A DNA stretch of 64,000 bases. Origin: Azolla caroliniana (lineage: Eukaryota > Plantae > Polypodiophyta). The notes beneath the pieces are model-generated. The model was not told the DNA's origin. It saw only the letters and a list, made by a program, of their open reading frames with translations, and ran no database searches. The stretch lies in contig JBHGNT010000018.1 of the NCBI GenBank assembly GCA_043228905.1, positions 16,740,001 to 16,804,000 on the forward strand. The letters are read 5' to 3'. Position 1 is the stretch's first letter. Every line of letters starts with the position of its first letter. Position numbers and translations under genes: made by a program. Positions 12,800-22,875 of the stretch are shown here, piece after piece.

Positions 12800-14692
12800 C
12801 TATACAATGTTTTAATATAAGTACCAAATTCAATTATTAATATGAAAAATTCAAAAATGTAAAGAAAAGGGTAAAGTCCTTTGTCTATATTTAACAATTA
12901 ATCTATTATTAGGTAGGTCCTTCTTTTGCTCATTTACATAGACCCATAATATAACCTCCAAACATGGAAGATTTTGTTTTGGATGTATCACCTCTTCGCA
13001 TAACAGTCATATGGTCAATTAAGTTGATCAATGAGCACATTGATTTACTCATAACACAGACAATATACATATATATCTTCTATATGGAACAGATATATTC
13101 AACTACGTAAACTGCAATGACAGCCTATTGTAAACTACGTACAAACTACAATGCAACTGGCCATTGTTTCTTCTATCATATACGAGTTCACGGCCATATG
13201 GTCACTCAACTTGATGAATCTGCAGATTTTGAAAGCCAATTATACCACCTTACTCTCAACCAGGGACATCTATCAACAAGACATGTTACGAAGACAATAT
13301 GATGGAGGCTCAGGAACAATGGAATCATATGAGAATATGGTGGAGGCTCAGGAACACATAACAATTGGCACTTGATTTCACCCTTTTTTGAGGGTCTTTT
13401 ATACACCCATAAAATAGAATAAAATCTTTATGATTCAGACGATTTGCTCATTGCATAGATCCATAATATACCCTACAAATGGAAGACTTCATTTCAGATG
13501 CATTACTTCCACTGCATCATGGTCATATGATAATTAAGTTAATTTACGCAGACAAATTCGATGTCCATATCTATCCATCTATCTATAAATATCTTCTACA
13601 TGGAATGTATTTTCACTTACATTTATTGTGGCGTTATGGTCAACTGAATTATGTCATTTATGCCACCTTGTCGTAATCTAGAGCTGGCTACAATAAGGGG
13701 CCCTTTATTTAACTGATTGATGGCATCATGAGCAACTAGGATGCAACCAGACATCAGTATAGATTGGATATTCTCTCTTGTGCATGGTAACTCATGCTTC
13801 TTGTACAAAAACACACTCTACTTGTTCTTGCTCCTTTTACCATATTAAATATTTTGATTACTTCAGAGTCAAATTGGTCAATAACCTTCATGGACATTTT
13901 GAAAACCAATTACACCACCTTATACTCGACCATGAAAATAGACATGGTATGAAGTTTGAACACCCATTGCCTTTTTGGTCAAAGACATGAGTGGGCAAAA
14001 TATGTCTAAAATCCAGGCACAATACGAGATGAGTTTGGCCACAATTTATTTGTTGATAGTTGTATTGACAAGATAGATTCATGATATATTTCCTGTGAAT
14101 ACATTGATCAAATGTGCATGGTCCAATGAAGCCTTCAGAATATCAAATTTAATAGCAATTCCATGCATGTAAATCAATCTCAATGATCGTTTCCATGAAA
14201 ACTACTATTCAGCTAGAATGTTGCGTTTCGTTCCGCCAAAAGTGTAGGACCATAAAATAAATTTTCCTCAATCTGTATAGATCTCTGAACTGAATTTCTT
14301 CCGAAACAAAAGAAAATGACAAAACAATTGAAGAAAAATAGCAAAAGAAAAAACAGAACAAGACTTAGAATGAAGAGAAAATGCAGGGCAGGTCTTAGAA
14401 CAAAGAAACAGAGTAAATTCAAGAATAAAAAAAAACAGGGTAAACTTCAGAATGGAGAAAAACAGAATAAGCTTTTAAAATGAAGAGAAAAAAACAGGAT
14501 AAGATGTAGAATGAAGAAAAAGACGGTATAGTTCAAAATGAAAGAAAACAGAGAAAATTTTTGGGAATTGAAGAAAGGACAGAGCCAAATTTGGAATTAA
14601 GTGAAACAGAGTAAGCTTGGAGAGTGAAGGAAGAAACAGAGTAAGATTTAAACACAGAATGACGGAGACAGATGAAGCAGAAGAAGAAGTAC
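12800..14692 (-). other. GT-AG intron of H2A.Z (1893 bp)
   Basis: Canonical splice sites at the AGLQ/FPVGR position; AT-rich interior. Confidence 0.92.
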
Positions 14693-14812
14693 CTGGAGTC
14701 CTGCTCGTGAAGATCTAGAGATGGGTTGTTTTTTCTCTGTAGATTTCTGAGAATTCGCAGGGTTCTTACCCATCAACAAGCCTTTGGCGCCTTTTCCTGC
14801 TGTTACCACCAT
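14693..14812 (-). CDS. H2A.Z: Histone H2A.Z, exon 1
   Basis: Encodes MVVTAGKGAKGLLMGKNPANSQKSTEKKQPISRSSRAGLQ (40 codons), then donor CAG|GTACTT. A phase-0 join to exon 2 restores SRAGLQFPVGR, giving 138 aa. Confidence 0.93.
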
Positions 14813-14917
14813 GGCTTCGAATCTTCTTCTCTTTCGAAAAAAGCGCAGAGAGGAAGGAAAAGGCGGGAAAAAAGAAGGGGGAAGGTCGGCTAGCGTTGAA
14901 CAGAACAGATCGACAAG

Positions 14918-14980
14918 CAGAAGAAGAAGAAGAAGAAGAAGAAGAAGAAGAAGAAGAAGGAAAGAGAGAGAGAGAAAGAA
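14918..14980. repeat. (AAG)n/(AG)n microsatellite in the pyrimidine-rich leader upstream of the H2A.Z ATG
   Basis: About 13 AGA repeats followed by (GA)n; reads CT-rich on the coding strand. Confidence 0.9.
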
Positions 14981-15435
14981 GAAACAGAGACTTTGAGAAA
15001 CAGAGACAGGCAAAGGAAGAACAAAAGACTAAGGAAAAGGTAGAGCAAAAAAGAGAAGAAGAGTAGAGATGAAATGAAAATGAATGAAGCGGCAAATAGA
15101 AGGAAGATAACAAAAAGAAAAGCAGGACCAAGACACCTCTCGGTATTCGTCTCTCGCCACAGGAGGCGAGAATTCGTCTCGCTAGAGGAGGCGAGGGAGA
15201 GGGGGTTTGAACAATCGATCGATCTATCGATCGATCGGTTCCACTCATCGATCTCTCACTATGCGCCAGGCATGGTGCAAAAACGTCTGTGTCGGGCGCA
15301 CATAACCCCCTCACTACTGATTGATTAATCGCCCTCCCTCATTGATCTCTCACTATATGTCGTGTCCTGTATGAAGCAAAATCGTTTGTTTCGAACCTTT
15401 TAGCATGGCTCTGATCAGTTGGTTGCGAAGCATAT

Positions 15436-15887
15436 TGTTAGAGCTTAATCTTAATTTAAGCATAAGATAAGGAAATATAAGATAATTTTAAAGAGAAGAG
15501 AGAGAAAGAAGGGTGTCAATCCACCCCACCACCCCCGAGCGAAGGGATCGAGACGGACTTGAGCCTCGATCGGCGTCCCGTACCACCACCGTGGCATCAA
15601 GTCGTACTTGGTATTGGCACGCTCACTACAAGGTTGATCACCACAAGGTCAAAGTCTCAACGTAGTCGATAATGTATCAAATGAGGGTAGCTAGGCCTCA
15701 TATTTATAGTCAAACCTAAGGCCCCTAGGCAAGTTCACACTTGGCCTTAATGGGTTGTCTCAATTCCTAGGATCAAAAGTAATCCTCCATTCTTTACACT
15801 CTTGTTTAACCCTCACACTTTATCCATGTGTATAGAATACTATGGTACAATCTTACCATGGGATAATTTATGATCATGCCTGTAACA
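15436..15887 (-). repeat. 3' LTR of Gypsy-A
   Basis: TGTTA...TAACA termini adjacent to the PPT. Shares TGAGGGTAGCTA(G/A)GCCTCATATTTATA with the Gypsy-D LTRs. Confidence 0.85.
15701..15708 (-). promoter_or_regulatory. Putative TATA box in the Gypsy-A LTR, oriented toward H2A.Z
   Basis: TATAAATA on the minus strand, conserved in both Gypsy-D LTRs. Confidence 0.55.
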
Positions 15888-17513
15888 TACTCCCCCCTCT
15901 TTAAAACATTGCACTCTTGCAATGAAAAAATAGGGAAATTAGTTTTAATGGTGTTTTCTCATTCCCATGTAGCATCTTTTATAGATTTATCCATCCATTT
16001 AATTTTAAATTCTCAGATTATTTTAGAATGCAAATGTTTTGTCGTGACATCGAGAATTCTCTCTAGTACATGTGGTTTAGAAGCTAAATCTTTAGAACCA
16101 ACTAGAGTTTCAGTTGTAATTGTATTGTCGCCAGAACCAAGTAGTTCTTTTAGACGACTTGCATGAAAAACTGGATGGATTTCGACACCATTAGGAAGCG
16201 TGAGACGATAGGCTGATGAACCAATGTGTTTCAGGAGTGTGAAAGGTCCACAAAACCATGGGGCTAACTTAACACACTTACCTATAGACAATGCCTTAGA
16301 ATTGTGAGGCACATGTAGAAATACCTTTTGTCCAGGGTTGAATACACGAGGTTGCCTATTATGGTCAGCATAAAAACGTGCTCTATCTTGAGCTGTTTTT
16401 ATATTATCTCGTGCAATATGCAACATATCTTGCATATCCCTTAGAAAGTTTTGTGTACTTTGCAACTCATCAAGATGTACATTAACATCAATCGGCGCTT
16501 GTGGCTGAAAACCATACATCAACATAAAAGGACTACATCTCGCCAATGTATGTTTGGAGTTGTTATAAGCAAACTCCAAAATTGGGAGATAACGTTCCCA
16601 TTTTGTTGGCTTTGCACCAACGTATGCTCGAAGAATGTCCTCAATAATTTGATTTACTCGTTCTGTTTGTCCATCGGATTGAGGATGATACGTGGAGCTC
16701 ATGCTCAATGTATTTTCTAACTTCTTAAAGACTTGCGTCCAAAAGTCACTAGTAAACTTTGGATCTCGATCACTCATGATATCCATCGGTAACCCATAAA
16801 AACGAAATAACTCATCAACGAATTGGTAAGCCAATCTAGGAGCTGTTACCGTGGTTTTAGTTGCAATAAATCTAGTCATTTTAGTTAGTCTATCAACCAC
16901 AACCTAGATGGCATCATGGCCTTTTTGGGTGCGAGGAAGGCTAACAATAGAATTGTTGAGAATCAAACTCAACTTCCCGTGAGTGGGAACACACTCTAGG
17001 ATACTCAAGTGTGTGAACACCCCACCTCCTTGTATAGTAACTAGTGTGTCATAGAAGTTAATGTCCTATGACACATATTCTTTAAGTAGTTAAGACACAA
17101 CCTCTTTCCCAAGAGGCAATACTAGTGAGAGAACTTTGAGAGAAGGTGACTACATAAGTATCGTCTCCCTCTCTTTGTAACTGTTGGCTATTCTTGCTTC
17201 CCTTGTAATACAATTTTCAGATTTTCTGTAATCATGAGCTCTCTCTCTCCCTCTCAGCGTTTTCTTTCTTTTTGTGCGTCTGTTTCTCTCCCTCCATCAT
17301 TATCTACGTTCTATAGCTCGTTGGAAAGCTCTTTCAGAGAGATTTCTAACGAATGTTTATTTGCTGAATCTTGTTGCCGGAGTGAGGAGTTATGAGCATT
17401 TTCGTCTGCAGCCCTCTTTGCCCCGCAACTCCTCAAACTCAAGGTAGATTTTAAAACCCTAAATCGATTGAAAGGTACATTCTATTTCTTCTATCATTTT
17501 ATTAATAGTAAAT

Positions 17514-18329
17514 ATGCCAAGAGAAGTAAAAGCCAATGATGATGTGATTGAAAGCCCAAACAATCAAATGCATACATTGTCAATGGAAAAGATCGCAACT
17601 ATGTATATCTCATTGCAAGAGACAATGATGCATATGCAAAGCGAATTGTATGCTTGTAAGGAGAGGGAATTAACTCTTCAACATACACTAGAAATGCAAA
17701 AGTTAGAGATGAAAGCTTTGGGTGAAGAACTACATGCAATGAAGAACATGACTATTCAAATGCAAGATAATAGGATGCCTGAAATCGAAAGAAAAATGTT
17801 GAGTCTTGAAGTAGAAAAAGAGATTTTAGTGAAGGCAAATGCCGAAATAAAATCTACAATTAAAGGGAAGGAAGATGTGATCATGATAAGGTGGAAAGAT
17901 GTTCTCTTGAAAGAAACACCAAAAATCACACAAAAACATCCTAATACCATGGATGTGTTAGATGTAAATGAGCAATATGAAATCGAAAGAAGAAAGAATA
18001 ATATTGTCATTAGAGGTATGCAAGAGAATGAAATAGAGAATGCATTATCTCTTGGACAAAATATTACGAAATTCTTTGAGGATCACTTTGCTATGCGAGA
18101 TGTTATTGTATATGCTGCACATCGGGTTGGCAAAAAGCAACAAGAGGGAAAGACATCTCAAGCTATTGTTTGTACAATCCCTGATGAACGTAAAAGGGCA
18201 ATGATTCTAGATAGTAGTAAGGTGTACTTAAAAGGGACAAGTTATTTTGTAACGGAGGATAGAACTCCACAAGAGCAAGAACGTAGAAGGCAAGCATATG
18301 CATCTCGGAAAGCAAATCAAAATGCATAG
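17514..18329 (+). CDS. LINE-2 ORF1 (coiled coil plus RRM/CTD-type nucleic-acid chaperone)
   Basis: 271-aa open ORF with a heptad-rich N half and motifs ERRKNNIVIRG, AHRVG and FVTEDRT, typical of L1-transposase-type ORF1p of CR1/L2/RTEX-group LINEs. Confidence 0.8.
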   Translation: MPREVKANDDVIESPNNQMHTLSMEKIATMYISLQETMMHMQSELYACKERELTLQHTLEMQKLEMKALGEELHAMKNMTIQMQDNRMPEIERKMLSLEVEKEILVKANAEIKSTIKGKEDVIMIRWKDVLLKETPKITQKHPNTMDVLDVNEQYEIERRKNNIVIRGMQENEIENALSLGQNITKFFEDHFAMRDVIVYAAHRVGKKQQEGKTSQAIVCTIPDERKRAMILDSSKVYLKGTSYFVTEDRTPQEQERRRQAYASRKANQNA

Positions 18330-18335
18330 CAAGCA

Positions 18336-21300
18336 ATGACCTATGGGACTATAAGTGCTTCACGATTGAAAGTAATGTTTTGGAATTGTAGAGGATATCC
18401 ATGGAATAAGGGTTTAGGACTCAATGATGTAGCTCAAGGTATGGATATTATATTTTTGGCTGAAACATGGGAGCATGAGGCAAAATGTATACCTAAGATA
18501 GACAGTTACCTCATAAAATCAATATGGCCTCACTCCAAAGGGAATATTGGGCGTGCCGGGATAGCATGTATCTACCATGAGAGCTTAGATAATTCTATCA
18601 AAGTATGCAAATATGATGACTATAAGAGATACATATGGATAGAGGTTAATTTGGGGAAAGAGAAGTTGTATATAGTTGCATGTTACATTCCTCACAAAGA
18701 CTCAAACTACTATAGTAGGTTTGGGTTAGATTGTGATGATCCTTTTACAGAGTTATGCCATGATATACTTTCATTTGAGAAGCTTGGTAAAGTTTTAATT
18801 ATGGGAGACTTCAATGTAAGAGTTGGAAATTTCCAAAACGTGGAGACATTTGAAGAAAATGTAGTAGAACATTGTCTATTGCATGACTCAGAGGATTGTG
18901 TCATGTCAGATTATGGAAAACTTTTGATACATATGCTAAATTGCACAAACTTGATTATCCTAAATGGTATAAAGGCATTCCCATTGACAAATGTGCTCAC
19001 ATGTTTACCATCCTTGGGTGGAGGAAGTGTGGTTGATTATGCATTAATGTTGGCATGTGATCTATCATTGGTGAATGTGTTTAAAGTTGGTTCTCTATCT
19101 CCGGACTTAGACCACAAGCCATTGTACTTAGAGCTTGCAATTCTACATTCCACTAGATGTCATGAAGTGAAAGACAAAAAGAGATGTATCATCTGACCTT
19201 GCTACAAAAAAGCTAAGATGTATGGCAAATGAAGTGGAGAACCATTTGTTAAATTTTTCTCTAAGCAACGATGTTAAAGAAAATTGGCAACATTTGAAGG
19301 ATATAATTCTTAAGGTTGGATATCAATGCTTTAAGAGACATGTGGGTGGGCATAAGGTGTGTAGTTTTCCATGTAATTCTTGGTTCAACGATGAATGTAA
19401 GATATATCTCAAATGGTTTAAGTCCATAGAAGGGGGGAATGAAAAGATTGTTGCATGGCACATATACAAGAAAGTAGTGAGGAGAAAGAAAAGAAGATAT
19501 TTCCAAATGGAAGAGATGAAAAAGAAAAAATTGTTTAAGCTCAAACCAAAATTAGCATGGGGACAACTCAAGGGTAAGAAAGAAGATGTGAAAGGTCACT
19601 TTACAAATGAAGAGATGCTAGACTATGTACAAAGGTTATATATGCATGAAGGTGTGGCTCCTATGGTTGAGAAAATTGAAACTCCATGCACTACATGTAT
19701 CGATATTGATGATGTCAATAAGGGAATAAAGAAGATGGCAAGTGGGAAAGCAGCAGATTCAACCTACGTCTCAAGTGAGCTTTTAAAATGGACAATGCCA
19801 CACACTCGTCATTGGATAATGGCAATTTTAGAGCAAGCTATAAAACAAGGATTTCCAAATGATTGGCTTATGAATTGGATTAAACCAATATTTAACGGCG
19901 GAGATAAGAATAAGTAGCAAATTATAGTACTATTATGGAGCAAAAGATAAGCACATGGGTTGAGAGTACAAGCAAAAGAGCACTTGGGCAAGCCGGATTT
20001 AGACCAAAACACTCCACCGTGGATCATTTGGTCACATTAAGAGTAATCATGGAAGAGAGTCGACTACAAGGAAAAACACTTTATTGTTGTTTTGTTGATT
20101 TCAAGAAAGCTTCTGATACCGTACCAAGAAGTGAGCTTTGGAATAGAATGGTAGACATTGACATGCCATTAGAGTACCGAGTTGCGGTTGCATGCCTATA
20201 TGAACAAGTTAAATGCCAACTAAAAATGGATAGTGGATTCTCAAAGAGCTTTTTAAGTAACATGGGGGTCAAGCAAGGATGTCCACTATCACCCACACTC
20301 TTTGGCTTATGTGTTGATAAATTAGAAGAAGTGGTGAATAAGGTTGCAAGAGAAGAAGGATGGAATGGCCCCAATTTGATGCAACATGTTATCTTATTGC
20401 TTCTATATCCAGATGATGTGGTACTCTTCTCATATGATGTTGATAGTATGCAACATTTACTTGGGGTATTAGAAGAATTTTGCCATAGTAGTGGACTAGC
20501 AGTGAATGTGGAGAAAACAAAAATGATGGTAGTGCAAACCATCCAACCTCATCATTACCCTATGCTCACATATAAAGGTGAACATATACAATTTGTTAAA
20601 AGCTTTAAATATCTTGGTATTGATGTACCCGCCACAAATAAATGGAGTGCATGCTTTGATTTTAGACTCCAAGCCGGTTGGAAATCATATTACCTTTTGG
20701 AGAACCAATGCAACTAAAGTGATACTTGTGGATGGGAAGTAAAATTAATGTTGTTCAATGCCATGGTAACTCAAGTATTGCTTTATGGAGTAGAAGTATA
20801 AGATGGCACCATCTCTCTTAATGCATGGAATGAGATTGAGAAAATTCAAAAGATGTTTTTAAGGAGGCAATTAGGAGTTAAATGCACTACCTCTTACTAG
20901 GTTATGCTCTTGGAAACGGGTGTTCGACCCATAGAAATATTGGCACTCCAAAGAGTATATAAATACATTACAAAAGTCAAGAATATGCCGAATCATCGAT
21001 TACCACATCTTTCTTGGAATGTTGGATCTAAGCTACAAAAGAATCATAAAAGTAGGATTCTCTCATCTGGTTGGGTTGTTGACATAAAGAAATGGTTTAG
21101 AAGATGGGGTGTGGATGATCTTTTAGAGCTTTCAGGCAATGCTATGCAATATGTAATGATTGAGGAAAGGTTGGTGGAATCATTAAGGATGAAGTGGGAG
21201 GATGCTAAGAGGACAAAGCTAGAATACTACATTGCAAATGTCAACCTTGAATGTTGGTCTCAATATAAAGCAAGAATGTCTACTGATCGTATCCAACATG

Positions 21301-21638
21301 ATCTCATTACCAATATGAGTAGCAATGCTCGTAGAGCCCTTGCACTACTTCGCACTCGATCTCACAAGTTAGGTATTGAAGTTGCATCATGGTATCAAAA
21401 TGTAACGAATTTGAAGACATGTAAAGTATGCAATGAAGGCATGGTAGAGGATGAATGTCACGTGCTCTTCACATGCTCGACATATAGTGCAATTCGTTCA
21501 AGATATTTTGACATACTAAGAGGGAGTGATAACTTAAGATCCATACTTAAGACACCACCTAGAAGGTTGAGCTCATATGTGTATGCTTTATTAACACATA
21601 GAGACTTTGTGCTTCAACATATGAATACCCCTTCTTAG
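18336..21638 (+). pseudogene. LINE-2 ORF2 (APE-RT-zinc finger), several stops/frameshifts
   Basis: APE motifs WNCRG, LAETW, GDFNVRVG, SVVDY, DHKP. RT motifs QAGFRPKHSTVDH, FVDFKKA, GVKQGCPLSPTLF, LYPDD, FKYLG. C-terminal LRTRSHKLGIE...CKVC...EDECHVLFTC. Confidence 0.9.
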
Positions 21639-21731
21639 GAAGGAGACATATATCAAGAACACATGTATACTTTGGTCCCATAGGTCAAAATTGGCCTCTT
21701 TATGGACGATAAAAATTCTAATTCTAATTCT

Positions 21732-21773
<42 letters not shown>

Positions 21774-21825
21774 ACACGCACACACATAGTTCTTCCGCTA
21801 CACAAAATCCATCCGATTCTTTACA

Positions 21826-21837
21826 TGGTATCAGAGC
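21826..21837 (+). promoter_or_regulatory. PBS (tRNA-iMet) of Copia-A
   Basis: TGGTATCAGAGC immediately after the LTR terminal CA. Confidence 0.93.
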
Positions 21838-22143
21838 GCATGGTTGCTTGATCGGAGTCCATCACCTCTGCATGTGTTGTGCCCGATTCTGCATTCGACA
21901 AGAACCGACTGATTATTGTAGAAGCAATCTGCACAATTCGCATCAAGAAGAAGAAGCTCAACATGAACACACAGATTAGAAGTGCTCTTCCCATCGAAAA
22001 GCTCAATAGAAACAATTTTGCATCTTGGGAGTACAAGATGCACCAATACCTTGTCGGCCAAGGTTATTGGAGTTATGTCGAAGGGACAAACGAGAATCAA
22101 CCCAACCCAACACATGCCGACTACCCAACTTGGGAGCAAGCGG

Positions 22144-22852
22144 TGTCGTGAAGAAAACCGGCCATAGGCGGAATCGGAGAAAAAGGCACATGAACCGGCT
22201 CTTACACGGATGGATGCGTGAATTGATATTTTGATATTTTGTACACGATTCATAAATGGATCAGTTGATGTAAATACTAAGTAGTACACATTTATTAGGG
22301 GATTGTGCGTATCTCTGTCAGAAGGGATAGGGAATAAAGCGATTTGACTAGGGATGGGAACTATAAAAAGGAAAAGAGAGAGGGGAGAGAAGGGATCGCG
22401 CGTTGGCGAGGACGAAGGGCTGCTGCAGAACAGAGTGCCGGTCTCTCTCTCTCTCTCTCTCTCTCTCCTAGAATCGTCGTTCTCTGCGAGTGTCGAGAGT
22501 TCGCCACCTCTGCTTCGTGGACAGGTGTGCTTCCAGTAGAGGGTCTCCCTTCTACGTTTTCAGGGTCCAGTGTGTTCCGTCTGTGTGCGTGAGTAGGGTC
22601 CCCGTGTCGGGTCCATCGCCGGCCCGCCGGTGGTAATCATCAGAGTTTGTAATCTCTTGATATTGTAATTGACTGTTATTGTAATTAAGGGTTCCATTCG
22701 TTCTCCTCCTTCTCGCTTCCGCGTATTCGCAAATCTCTCTCTCTCTCTCTCTCTCTTTGTACTTGCATCTCTCTCTCTCTCTCTCTCGCTCCTCGGTTCA
22801 AGGCCCCCATGGTCCCGCCTCTTTCTCCACGCACGTGCGTAACAACGCGACA
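22144..22852 (+). repeat. 5' LTR of Gypsy-B
   Basis: Direct repeat of 28624-29309; contains (CT)n tracts. Confidence 0.95.
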
Positions 22853-22858
22853 TATATT

Positions 22859-22875
22859 TGGTGAACCCGACGTGA
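22859..22875 (+). promoter_or_regulatory. PBS complementary to the 3' end of cytosolic tRNA-Trp
   Basis: TGGTGAACCCGACGTGA is the reverse complement of ...TCACGTCGGGTTCACCA (plant tRNA-Trp 3' end, recalled). It starts 6 nt after the LTR. Confidence 0.85.

Larger units (their letters stand above)
15436..16953 (-). mobile_element. Ty3/gypsy chromovirus 3' part (Gypsy-A): integrase, chromodomain, PPT, 3' LTR
   Basis: ORF 16013-16900 has integrase motifs ([27 protein letters not shown]) followed by a chromodomain. PPT AGAGGGGGGAGTA at 15888-15900. Interrupted at 16953 by the Copia-A LTR. Confidence 0.9.
17250..21737 (+). mobile_element. Full-length non-L1 LINE (LINE-2; RTEX or L2/CR1-group-like) inserted in a (CT)n tract
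   Basis: 5' UTR, intact ORF1, 6-bp spacer, ORF2 (APE-RT-CCHC), short 3' UTR with hairpin, and (ATTCTA)3ATTCT tail. (CT)n on both flanks. Confidence 0.85.

Noticed and set aside
14766-15328. Poly-Ser, poly-Leu and poly-Arg ORFs around the H2A.Z start
   Set aside because: These are read-throughs of (AAG)n/(AG)n microsatellites in the leader. Only 14693-14812 is coding.
17376-17400. Motif CCGGA....GGAG(T/A)TATGAG shared with 53669-53688 in the other LINE leader
   Set aside because: It is short, in opposite orientation relative to the two LINEs, and could be chance or a generic plant repeat motif.
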